Origin: Epiperipatus broadwayi
Taxonomy: Eukaryota; Animalia; Onychophora
Direction of reading: 5' to 3'
Length of the DNA stretch: 64,000 nucleotides
Assembly (NCBI GenBank): GCA_028023455.1
Contig: JAQFVV010000002.1
Coordinates: forward strand, 2,852,001-2,916,000
The notes below the pieces were generated by a model, which was given only the letters and a program-made list of their open reading frames with translations, did not search any database and was not told the origin of the DNA. Shown here piece after piece: positions 25,516 to 38,072 of the stretch (position 1 is its first letter; each line of letters opens with the position of its first letter). Both the position numbers and the translations under genes were made by a program.

Positions 25516-27285
25516 TATATTATTTATTTAACTACTTTCATTCTTAGATTATTTAATTTCATTCTTCTTTACTGATTCCATTACAAAAAGTTTTTTATGC
25601 TTTGATAAATTTTCATAAATGGTTTCAAAATTACATATATCTCCAAACTTTCAATTATGACACCAGTCTTCTCGCATAGCATCCAATCATTGTTGTACTT
25701 TTTTTTTTGTCTATATCATTCCTTCTAATCAACTTTTTAACCATCACTTAGTCAAATTGTTTTTCACGGTGTGTTTATTTTTATATTGAGTCTCTTGTTG
25801 ATAGCACAACAACTAATAAAATATCAATATAATGAATAGCTGCAGATCTGTAGATACGACCAACATCAATCACCAGAAGATGCAGATAGATACAGTTTAA
25901 AATTTCCTATTTCTACTTGTAAGTGGTATAATTCTGCTGCTCAATAAAACCAGTCTTTATTGGATGTTCAAGATACTGATACCTATAATAATTTTAAGTT
26001 TAGGTTCCACAGATCTTTGTGAACCCTGAGATTTGTTCATTGTATAAGATTGTAGCATGGGTCCAGTGATAAGTAATAAATAAACTCTAAAATAAATCAA
26101 TAATAAATATTTACTACCAATTCATTTACTTTTACATTATAACATTGCATCTGTGTTATAATTTACAAGCAACTTTTTATTATTTAAAATTCACAAAGTC
26201 TACAATGAAATAAAATAATATATATTGATGCATAATAACTCACATTGATATTATGTTTATATACCATTCCATTGTCTGCATACGATCAGACCATATTTAT
26301 AATCTTCCAATAATATATTTAGCTTTATTTACACACATCTGTTGACTATACATATTAAAATTAAGTCAAATATGTGTACAAGTACAATTGCAGACAAACT
26401 TAACATAAAGTTTTGCTCAATACATATTTGTAATTATTCTAATACACATTCAAAAACATCTCTAATAGATCATCATCATATAAATAAATAAATAAGCACA
26501 TATGTCATTAAACATTAGGAAATACTTCAAAATTCAAATAAATTATATAGATAATTAATAACTATACCAAAATACTACTTTAAATATAAGAACGGACTCA
26601 TATGCTTTTATAATATGTATGTAAAAGTGAGGTGGATAAATTTCTTACATACATTACAATTTCATCGATTTCAATATTTGCAGGCTATACAGATGTGTGT
26701 AAACATTACATATATCCACTAGAAATGAAGTCCATTTAAATATAAGTCTACTTATATTAAATTCACAAAGCTCTAACAGATTACCAATCAATCCTAATAA
26801 AATATTTAATAAATCTAATAGTATCACTGAATTTCAATCTGCAATAAATGATTCCCATTGGTATATGCATAATAAATCTTGCTTATCTAATATACTTTAA
26901 TAAATATTATAATCTAATAAGTATTGATAACAATAATAGTAACAACAATTAGTATTAATGGGTAAATTCTGGAAGCTATCTAATGATTTTCGTTAAGTAA
27001 ATTAAAGTAAATAATTATTGTGTTAAGATTATTCTTTACAAATCAACTTTTATTTTAACTCTTAAAATTAAAATGACTATGCTAAAAGTTGTTGCTAGAC
27101 ATATTGAAAATAATTAAGTCTAACTTTACACATGATAATTGTTAATTCTAATATACAAAAAAAAGTAAGAATCAAATAGGTAAAAAATGCAACAAAATAA
27201 TAATGTAAAATCTTTAGATACAAAAGAAAGTTCATTTTAAAATTTATAAGATAAAGTACCAAAAGTCTATAAATTTAAAATGTCT

Positions 27286-29231
27286 TGTTGTGTGTGTGTG
27301 TATATATATATAAATATCCTTATTAATAATGTGGTATGTGTGTATACACATTGGTGCGTATAGACAGTGTCACTGCACTACAGAAATAGTAATGACATGC
27401 AGAAAAGAAAATTAGTTTACTGCAAGAAATAATAGACTAAAATCTAACCTTATGCAAATTAGAAAAGTTGATAAAAATGCCTCTCAAATTGTGTTCTGTG
27501 AGTCTAGTTCAGTCAGCAGTATCTAGAGAAATAATAATGTAAAGAGCGAAGGGAAAAAGCAGCCTAAAAGCAGACTTGGAAAATTCTAAGTGTAGAGTAA
27601 ACCAATATTATTAACAGTAAAGAAGAGCTTTAGTCATAATTTAATTAGAATATCAAGAGAAGTGTGAGTGCAATAAGGTGTTTACAGAACTAAAGCTGGA
27701 AAGACATTTAATTAATTAATTAATTACAGAGATATGAATTGGTATGTAATCTAGATTGATCCTGTAATCAAATAGAAATTATCCAGTTGATTTACCAATC
27801 CTATTCACTAATATTATTGTTATTCAGAGAAAATAAACTCTTGAATTTATTGTTAAACTTTTTGTGTTTTGTTTTAAAGTAATTATGTGGTGCAATCATT
27901 GAAGTAACCTGTGAAGCCAAAAATATATATCACTGAAGTAATCCTAAAGTAATCTGTTGTAGAGAAGGGGATACAGCACATATTGATGCCAACTTATCAC
28001 TCTCAGACAAATGGAATAGTGGAGAAGAGAACACAGTTGCTGAAAATTGCATTAAATAAACAGGAACATGAAGCACTTACATCTGTGATGTTTTATCAGC
28101 ATTTTACACTCAGCTCTTTTACAAAAAAAAAAACACCCATGGAAATTTTTAATGAAACAGTGTGTGAGAACACACTTATCTATTTTAATTCCAGATAAAA
28201 TAAAAAAGAAATATGGAAATTTGGTAAATATTAGATTTAAAATTAATCAAACCTTAAGGATTAGAGATATAATTAAGAAAAAAATTGCTACTGGAAAAAA
28301 TAGTAAATTAGAAAATGAAAGTTTTAAGATGCCATGTTAAGCATATAAAAAAATGACAAACTGAAATAATAGATGATATAGTTACTACTTCAGCTACAGT
28401 GAAAAATAATAACACTGATATTTCTAATAACATGGAATTAGAAACACAAGATAATTCTTCTTCAAGAGAAAGCTATAGAAGTAAATAGTGAATAGGAAGA
28501 GAAGACTACTGACTAAATGAAAAGAAAATTAACCTCAACAAGGCCTTACCATGTGCAGAGGAGACTATTAAACAAGATTATACTGTAAATAAAGCAAAAA
28601 CTGCAAAAAATGTCCATGTAAATAAAATTCTGTTTATTTCTGGAGTGGAACAATGTTGTATACTGATTGGATGAATGTATACCTTTATTAATAAAGTTGT
28701 ATGTATGTGCGCAGGCTGGTAGTATAGGTTGTGTTAGTTTTCTCCAGAAATAATAATGCTATGCAGAAAAATAAAATTAGTTCACTGCAAGAAATAAGAA
28801 GCTAATTTGCATATCAATTAAGTCTAAGTGCAAAGTTAATAAAAATGCCTGCAGAACTTCAAATTGTGTTCTGTCAGTTCAGTTCAGTCAGTGGTGTCTA
28901 GAGAAGTAGTAATGTGAAGAGAGAAGGAAAAGGCAAAAGATAAAAGCAGACTTGAAAAACTCTGTAGAGTAAACCAGTATTAGCAGTAAAGAAGAACTTT
29001 GGTCATAATAGAATTAGACTACCTCAAGAGGGGTGTGTGAGCAGCAAGATGCTTACAGAACTATAGTTGGAAAGAGTAATATATTAATTATCTATAGAAA
29101 TATAAACTTATGTGAGCAATTAGCCAGTTGATTTACTAATCCTATCTACTAATGTTATTGTTGTACAGAATAAACAAACTCTTGAATTTATTGTTAAACT
29201 TTTTGTGTTTGGTTTCTTTAAACAAATTACA
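27286..29231 (+). mobile_element. Internally deleted Gypsy-type LTR retroelement (LTRs ~27286-27887 and ~28654-29231)
   Basis: Two diverged ~580-600-bp direct repeats, both starting TGTTG. TGG PBS-like start at 27888, purine tract before the 3' LTR, and integrase remnant TYHSQTNGIVEKRTQLLK (YHPQTNG.VER motif). Confidence 0.85.
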
Positions 29232-29699
29232 CAATTATCCAGCTGCTGCCAGAATATAGTTGGTCCTTGATATATTATGTCTTTTATAAGATTATCTAAA
29301 ATTCTAGAAGAATAGCAGTTTAATATTCAGCAGTTACCATGGCAGTCTGTAGTTGCAATATTCTTTTTATTTTATGTACATTTTTATTTTAGAGCTCTTA
29401 CATTATACAAAGTTCATAATGCAGGATCCTGTGGTTTTCCTGAGCTATGTCTGATTATTTTTATCACTATTACTTTTTCCACAAAATTAAAGGGCTGATT
29501 TTTAAAATTGAAATCAGATTATTCACCAATTCTGAATGGTTAATCTTTGTCATAATTGTTTTTTCATCAGTGGTAATCATTTATTTTAATTTAGCATGTA
29601 GTTGATTAAGTGCTCCTGAGATTACTCCTACTAAAATTAGTGATATGCCCAGGGTATATCTGAATAAACTAGCTGTCATAGGAAAGATTCACACTGCAC

Positions 29700-29790
29700 T
29701 AGAGAAGTTTATATCAATTACATATTACCTTGCAACTTTTGTCTGACCCACATAGCTATGGCAATATTCACAATCAGCATGAAGAATAAT
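29700..29790 (-). mobile_element. Penelope-like GIY-YIG fragment cut by the hAT insertion
   Basis: The minus frame reads ADCEYCHSYVGQTK (C..C...YVGQT). Confidence 0.4.
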
Positions 29791-29805
29791 AAGAATAAGA
29801 TCAAC

Positions 29806-32300
29806 TAGGGATTTGCAAACTTTTGGGACTGAAGAGCCAAATGTGACACACAACAATTTAAAAATTATTGGAGAGCCATGAATATATTTTTACAAATAAG
29901 GAAATTTAAAGAAATACTGTAACAAGTTACAATATTAAATATATCTTTATTAAATGTAGATTAAGTCACATGGAAAATTGCTAGCATTGGTTTTAATAAA
30001 TATGAACAATGAGCTTACATTTTCTTAGAAAGTTTCTGTATGTCCGTTTGATAACTAGCTAGTGCTTTTTAATTTAAGGCATGATTCCAAGTTGTCATCA
30101 GTAATTTTGTTCCTCAATTTACATTTAATAAAATTAATGTTAGAAAATGATTGTTCACATAAGTATGTAGATCCAAAAATACTGAGAATACCAAATGCAA
30201 ATTTTTTCAACTCATGATATGAATCTGGAAGATTAATCCAAGTAATAAAAATCATAAAGTCTGCCTTCTGTGGGTTTTTTATAGCACTCTGCTGGTTCTG
30301 TGAAAGCAGACTAAATTTTTCTTTTTCAAGTTCTTCCATATATAGGTGAACAAATTTGGAGCTCCATAAATCTTTGCTTGTCAAGTCCAGTAATTGTACT
30401 TCAAAATTACCTGCGTCAATATCAATTGGGGAAAATTTTAATTTTCTCACATTGGCATTAAGAGAATTTGTAATAAAAGCTAGAGTTGCTTTATCATTTC
30501 TAAATTCCTGAAACCTTTGAAGAAAAGATTCTCTTATGTTTAAAATTGTTGTCTTAAAATAATCTTTGTTTATGAGGGCATTGTTTTCTTGACAATATTG
30601 AGACAAATTTGGAAAATGAACTAAAGTTCGCCTATCTAAATCTTTATCAAATAGAATCAATTTCTTTTCAAACAAAATAATTTCTTCTACCAATGAAAAA
30701 GCAGTATTTCCTTTCTCTTGTAATTTATGATTGAGCTGATTCAGTTGTGATGTAATATCGATCACGAAATAAAATTTTTGCAACAACTGATATTTTGTTA
30801 ATTTTAAATATTAAACACCCTTGCTGTCGAGAAATAGTTTGATTTCATTTATGCAAAGAGTTTTAACATGTTGCCTCTGGAAAGCCATAAAACACTGTTA
30901 TATTGGAGATGATCTGAATACTCACTCTCCATTTCACATAGCAACACTTTAAATTGTCGGTGGTTGGGTCCTCTTGCTGCAATAAAATTAATTTATCTTG
31001 GTACCAAGTCCATAACTTTACCAATTTCTTCTGGAAATGTTTGTGCACAAAGTACTTCCTGGTGAAGTATACAATGGAAAGTAATCACTTCATTAATGTT
31101 TTCTTTTAAAATTGAAACAAACCCCTTTTTCAATCCCATCATACTTTTGACCCATCAGTTGCAATTAACACAATTTTATCAAGTATGGTATGGTTTTTTT
31201 CCATGCCGTCAATGACAGCATTTGATATGTTCTCTCCTTACATTGGCCCTTGAATGGCAATATTCCTAGAAGTTCTTGGACCCTCAGATGATATATACTA
31301 CACATAAAGGGAAATCTGGGTTGTGTTCTTGATGTTGAAAGACTCATCCACTGCAATTGACAAAGCTGAACATAATTTAATGTCCTTGTTTTGTTGGTTG
31401 CCACATTTAAGGCCATTTTAACTGTCCTATCTGCTACTGTTTTGGCATATAAAATCTCTGTTTTATTTTTGAAATCATGAAAAAGTTTTTCAGATGCTTT
31501 AATAAAACAAAATTTTATGTACTCACCATCTGTGAATGGTTTTCCTCTTCTAGCAATTTCCTGAGTTACTATGAAGCTTGCAATAGTAACGTTATTGGCA
31601 GACTGTCTCCAATAATCAAATATAAAACTTGATTTTTTAATATTTTTCTGATTGCTCTTTTTCTTGTATCACTAACAGAACATTTTATGGCAAATGAGGC
31701 ATGTTTTGTCATGAAGTATCTCTCCAAATTACACTTCTTGTTTTGTGCCAGTGTTTCTTGGCAAATTAGACATGTTGGAAGGCATTCCGAATTCACAATA
31801 AATGTGAAAGATTCAGTTTATTCAGTTTTAAAATCATGATGCTCATCCAATGTTTTTCTCAGTCTTTTTTTTTTTTGTAGTCATGTTGAAAAACACTTTT
31901 AAATATTGTATTTTATTTAATATGTTATATCCACATTTGCACAACTACACAAAAATGATACATTCCTCTTCTAGATTGTGAATTCACATTTGGCCATTGC
32001 TAACATTGTCTTATCCATCAGGGGGTAACCATGTGCTCACTTATTAATTGCAAAGTTTTGCTAGAGTTATAAAACATATAAAATCATAATTATATTAATA
32101 ATTTTTTTTTAAAAATTTTATAAATTGAAACTATGATAGTTTTATTTTCAATTTTACTACAAAGTAGGAGGTCTATATATCCTGGATTTGTCCTGATTTT
32201 ATCTTTATTTTTTATGATTTCATATTGCAATGTTTTGGATTTTTTTTTAATATTTGTTCCAATTAGGCCCTGTAGAAAAATATAGTCATTACTGAAGAGC

Positions 32301-32339
<39 letters not shown>

Positions 32340-32383
32340 AAAGAACCACATATGGCTCATGAGCCATAGTTTGCTGACACCTG
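29806..32383 (-). mobile_element. Full-length but inactivated hAT DNA transposon (SPIN/GTF2IRD2/EPM2AIP1-like transposase, ~30055-31884)
   Basis: TIRs TAGGGATTTGCAAAC and rc CAGGTGTCAGCAAAC. 8-bp TSD AGATCAAC/AGATAAAC (7/8 match). Motifs CLICQE...NLERYF..KH and FGSTYLCEQSFS. Several stops and frameshifts. Confidence 0.92.
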
Positions 32384-32739
32384 AGATAAACAATAAGATA
32401 AGTAATAAGATGAATTGATTTATCTAAAGAAATGTTAATATCTTAATTTGTAAGAAAAAGTCATTTTAACAAATATCTATCTCCGGACTAATAAAATATT
32501 TATAACAAAAAAAGAATATGCACATCTAATGAAATTAATGTTTACATGTATCATATTACAATTATAATTTTAGAGTTAATTAGTTTTTTTAATAACTATA
32601 TAATATAAATTTCTCATTTTGTCTGAATTTTAATTACATATGATAAATCTTGATTAAATTCAGGAAAAACAAAATCTTACATATATATGTTATTCAGTGT
32701 TATTCAAAAGAGAAGAAAAATATATATACATATTAAACA

Positions 32740-33054
32740 CTATACAGGTATTCAGGGTGTGGGAATATCAAATAGCCCCATGGATGGGCGTACAAACACA
32801 GGAAAAAAAATCTACTGTAGCGGTCGAAAATGTATGTCCATCCAACAAGATTTAGAATCTAAGCAAAAGTACCCCGAATCCAATCATGCCCGAGATACAC
32901 AGGTCAGGAGCAATCATGAATTCTAACCAATTTGCCCATTCCTAAAATTTATAACACTATGGACAACACTCTACAGTGATACTACATAAATTAATTATTT
33001 CCGGGCCCAGTGCTACATCGTTTTGCATGAGAACTCAGCTGATGATGATGATGA
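32740..33054 (+). mobile_element. Possible 3' end of a non-LTR retroelement with a (TGA)n tail
   Basis: EYQIAPW-like post-RT motif and a terminal GATGATGATGATGA. The similarity is weak. Confidence 0.3.
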
Positions 33055-33717
33055 AAGATTGAAAGATTGAGTGAACCCAAGACATAAGTTAAAACATACA
33101 TCAATAAATATATTAATGAGATTCGAACAACTGGATTAAGTTTAAAAACATAACTATTTATTTTAACAGAAATTCAAAATTTTATATATGTATACTCAAT
33201 TTCACGCACTTAAAACTTAATTTTCATTACAAACATTTAAAAAAAACTTGGTGGAATTATTTTTTATTTAGACAGATATGAATTTAGTGCAGCGGTTACA
33301 ATACTGAACTAAAATAGGTTTTATTTAATATTACAAAAATAGATCTGGGAGGTTGGTGTATTTTTATATTTAGAAACACATGTAAAAATATAATAATAAG
33401 AGTTTCGCTGATTATAGAACTTGAATATAATGCTCTTGGCATTGGATACATTTTTTCATTTATAGATTTTATTTACAACACTAAAATGAGGATACATTGT
33501 GATCAAAATATATATTTAAAAAATTTACTTATTTTACATTTTAGACAGGAAAACTATAATTGCGGGAAGCGGAGGGCAGCTTCATGAGAGGTTGGATTTA
33601 AACTCCAACGGAAAATATTACAAGAGAAAAATGTTTCATTATCACATATCATTATGATTTATTTTGTCAAACAAGCTAAAAGAAAAATGAACTATAAGAA
33701 ATTGTGGTGTTAGCATA

Positions 33718-33951
33718 ATGGCCGAATATCTGTGGATCCAATATTTTGAGGTGCTTTATCATAATAATACGGAAGAAAACAGTCTAGACGACTTGCTACC
33801 CCACATTTTGTGGAAATCAGCTGACAAAAGATCCTCGGACGGAGATACAATCGGCCGAACTTTGCCGGAATTATCCCATGCATTGCTCTCATTATGCGAG
33901 TATATATATAGATATGGTCTAGGAACATTCATCGTCCTATTTACGACCTGA
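33718..33951 (+). other. GC- and CpG-richer segment with overlapping short ORFs; possible exon of an unidentified gene
   Basis: 77-aa + ORF with a good start context (cataATGG). Minus-strand acceptor ctctttgtttcag|G at 33947. No recognisable domain. Confidence 0.3.
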
Positions 33952-36900
33952 AACAAAGAGAAGCTGACTCAGGCATTCTGAAGCACATCTCTAGATAAAG
34001 CTTAGTAATATGAAAAATGGCCTATGCTAACAATGCTTTTAAAAATAATATGAAATCATTCAGTTTAAATATTAACTTACAGCCTTAAATGGTTTAACAA
34101 ATACGTAACGATATGTTAAAATAAAGTCATTTATCAGAAGTTAAAACTATTATTAATGAAGCATGCATTTCTCCCCCTTCTTTAATCAATACTATTTTGT
34201 TTAAATATATAAAAAAAAAACTAAAATTCATGCACTTAAAAGTGCGAACAACAAAGTAGAATTTGTTCAACCGCCTTTTTGGCAATGATGATGATTAAAG
34301 AGATTAATAAAACTAATGGACACCAAAATCCACCCCAGATTGAAAAATATTTATACATTTTGTATAATTTTACGGTAAAATATATTTTAAAAAAAAGCAT
34401 ATATTCATTTTACAAGAAAGACTCAGACTTACAAACTATTTAGAATTAAGAACTTATTAACCCCCCCCCTTACTAAGTTCGTAAAACCGGGTTGGATTTG
34501 CATTTAAAAATAAAAGTTTAGTGAAAAATATAAAAATATTTAAAATAAATTATAACCGGATTAAATTATAGAAGAAAGTAAGAAGCGTGATTTGGATGAA
34601 ATATTTTACAATAATATTAGTTAGGGTTATAGAGAATCGATAACAAAAAAATAATTATTAGTTTTAACGTACTCACCAATGAGTGAGTTAAAGAGATTAA
34701 ATATATAGAAAACATTAATTTAAAGAGAGTTTACAAGTTATAATTTAAGTAGTACGATTATAATGATTTTTGGCTGGTTATCTCAGCATTCTATGGAATA
34801 CAGATGAATTTTCTGTGACAGGCGGCATTCTTTGACATGTCTCTTGGCCTCTGCAGTTCTTGGATGGCACAGGAACACTTGAATGGTAGAAGCTACATCG
34901 AGCATGGCGAAGAGTGGAGCTAAAGACAGACGGGAAGGCAGCTGAAGCCCCTCAAAAATTATACAGACATGAAATCGGTTAAAGACTATTGACCTAACTC
35001 TCTGGCACAATAGATTTTTAGGCCCTATTTATACAAAACTTTGAGGTGTTCAAAGAATGTTTTTTAATTAAACTTCTTATCTTTAATTTACAGAAATGTT
35101 TTACCTATTGTTAGTGGAGATGCAATCACTAGATAAGTATCCAAGAATAAATTCCAATCTATTTCTAGATTAGAAATAGATTTGATAAAAATGTTAATCA
35201 CTAACTAAAATCAAATAGCTTTGTTTTAAATTTTACTTTAATTTAAAAATTCCTTTTTAATTATGAAACAAAGTAATGTTCCAGCCCCTTTAATTATTCT
35301 TGGACAGTCGGTGATTGAATCTTCCATCTTGAATTTTTATGTGTTTATAAATGAAAAATATTAAAAAATAAATAACATATAGTTAAGAAAAAATACAAAA
35401 TTATTTACAAGATTTGTTTGTGCTTTTATATATATATATATATAAAAGCTCCGTTAATATATGTACATATCTGAGTCGCATCCATAAAAGTTAATATTTA
35501 AAATTAAAGAAACTTTTTTTTATTTGAGATTTGTATTTATAAACTTTTATAAACGCTTCTCAGAAACATACGTATAGTTTATATACATGTGACAAAAAAA
35601 CAGTGAGTTAAGTGGTAGACCAGTGGAGCTCGATCTTGGGCTAAGATTGACTGCTACATGTATAAATGTAAATCAGAAGAGATCATCCCTAAGGGTTTGC
35701 AGTTAAAACCTCCTATTTCTTCCAAGAGAGCAAATGAGGCCTTATTGAGAGAAAGTATAAAGGTTCAGCGATTTACCAAGTATCAAATATTGTGATCTAT
35801 TAGAAATGTGGAATCATTTCTACAAAACAAAGTTACAGATGAAGATATCTCAAAAATTTGTCAAGCAGTGAAGAGATCATATTGTAAGTTACATGGAAGG
35901 ATAAAAGAACTTCAGAAGAAGAAGCTTGTAAATCTACATGGGCAAGTCAAAAGTAATACTACTCTATCCTCATCATCAGTGAAAAATCTTAGTTCTAAAC
36001 ATCTTATTGATTGTGAATTATCAATTCTTAAAAAGGTTTGAATTTCACCATTATACCATCTACTGTCCCATTATTGGATGTAATGGCCACCACTGATGAG
36101 ATGACCCAAAATTTAAACTGCAGAAGAAGCAGCAGAGTTACACTGGAGAGTAAAAAGAACATTTGAAACACATCAAGTGCACAATCAGAAGTCAAACATT
36201 TCATGTGATGAGAGGAAAGCTATTAAATCTCTTAAACAGGATACATCTATAATCATTTTTTCTGCTGACAAAGGTAACACTACAGTTGTAATGGATAAAA
36301 CTGATTATGATAACAAAATACAAGGCCTTCTTTCAGGAGGCCAAACAATAAAATAGCAAAAAATTCAAGTACAGAGGTAAAAAAAAAAATTAACTTCGTA
36401 TTTCAGCAAGTTTCCTCACCTGTATGGACTGCCTAAAATTCATAAAGACAATGTTCCATTAAGAAATTCACCTTGTCAAAATTTGTCAAGATTTCTTCTC
36501 GAAGTTCTTAGTCCATTGGCATATAAGACACAGTATTTTGTCAGGGATTCTAAGCACTTTGTAGAATTAGTCAGGAACATGAAAATGGAAAGAACTAACA
36601 TATTGGTAAGCTTTGATGTTGAAACTCTGTTTACAAATGTACTATGTGATGAGGCATTGTCTACTGTAAGGAAAAGGTTATATGATGATAATTGTCTACA
36701 AACTAGAACAACTCTACCTATTGATAGTATAATGGAATTATTAACATTCTGTGTAATAACAACATACTTTCAATATAACTCAGAATTCTTTCAACAAAAT
36801 ATGTCACCCTTGCTCAGCAACATTTACATGGAAGAACTTGAAACCATAGCCATAAATACTACTCCATGTTCACCTAAAGTGTGGCTTCGATATGTTGATG

Positions 36901-37917
36901 ATACATTTGTGGTATGGCCACATGGTGAGGTAAAATTACAGTCATTCTGGATGCAGATTAACAACATATCTCTTACAATTAAATTCATGATGGAATCAGA
37001 ACAAGAACAAAAATTGGTATTCTTGGATGTTCTTGTGACAAGACTCTCTCAGGGCAAAGTAAAACCAACAGTGTATAGGAAACCAACACACACTGGCAAA
37101 TACTTGGCATATACATCCAGTGATACAAGAAGCACTAAACAAGGAATTGTACTATCACTATGAAACAGGGCAAAGGAGGTTTGTTCAGAAACCAGTGATT
37201 TGGAAAAAGATTCACATAGAACAAATGCTTATGAAGAATGGTTATCTTTCAGCAGTCATCAGAAAAACCTTCAATAGACAACACAAAGAGACACCAAAAA
37301 TAGAAAACAGTTATTGGTATGGTAGTGTATCCTTAAATACCAGGAATGGTGGACAAGTTAAAAAAAAATCTGCAGTCAGTATAACATTAGAACTGCTTTC
37401 CAAAGCCATACCACACTTCAAGGAATGCTTACTTCTACTAAGCCTAAACTGGAAATGCTGAAAAACAAAAACTGCATCTATGAAATACCATGTGAATGTA
37501 GAAGGAAATACACTGGTGAGACCTGTCGCCCTGCTGAACAGCGATTGAAGGAGCACAAACTAATTGTTAAAAGAGAAAAAACAGATGTGTCTACCATAGC
37601 AGATCATGTATGTACTAATGACCATATGCTTAAATGGGAAAATACAAATGTATTGTATAAAGAGGGGCAAATGCATAGAAGAAAATTCAAGAAAGCTGCT
37701 CATATGACAATGGTAAATAATCCTATAAGTAAACCCAGTGCGGCAATACACAATGTATGGAAGCCTCTAATTAATCTTGCTCTTAGGAAAAAATAAAAAA
37801 TAATAATAATTAGACTCGTTAAAATAAAAATAAAAAATAAATAAATTGGAGGACTCAGGAAGATTTGAACCAACCCTCATATATAAATATATCAAATTTC
37901 TACTATATGTTGCCTTT

Positions 37918-38008
37918 GACAGAATAGCTCAGTTGGTAGAGTGATTGCCTTAAATTCAATATTCAAGAATCTAAAGGTGTGAGTTCAATTTCTAAGTGAA
38001 TATTGTCA
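37918..38008 (+). other. tRNA-like segment (Pol III A and B boxes) inside the PLE 3' region
   Basis: A box TAGCTCAGTTGG at 37925-37936, B-box-like GAGTTCAATT at 37981-37990, and partial acceptor pairing GACAG/TTGTC. Confidence 0.6.
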
Positions 38009-38027
38009 CTGTGCATATAGGCCACCA

Positions 38028-38072
38028 ACACCTGAAGAAGAGTGGAGAATAATACTACTTGAAACGTTGTGT
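38028..38072 (+). ncRNA. Minimal hammerhead motif in the PLE pLTR
   Basis: ACAC-CTGAAGA-A-GAGTGG(agaataata)CTACTT-GAAA-CG-TT-GTGT: helix I ACAC/GTGT, palindromic helix III ACGT, GUU site. Confidence 0.6.

Noticed and set aside
33853-33921. KR dibasic site nearby and YRYGLG resembling an allatostatin-A amide motif in the 77-aa ORF
   Set aside because: There is no signal peptide, no KR after the Gly and only one imperfect copy.
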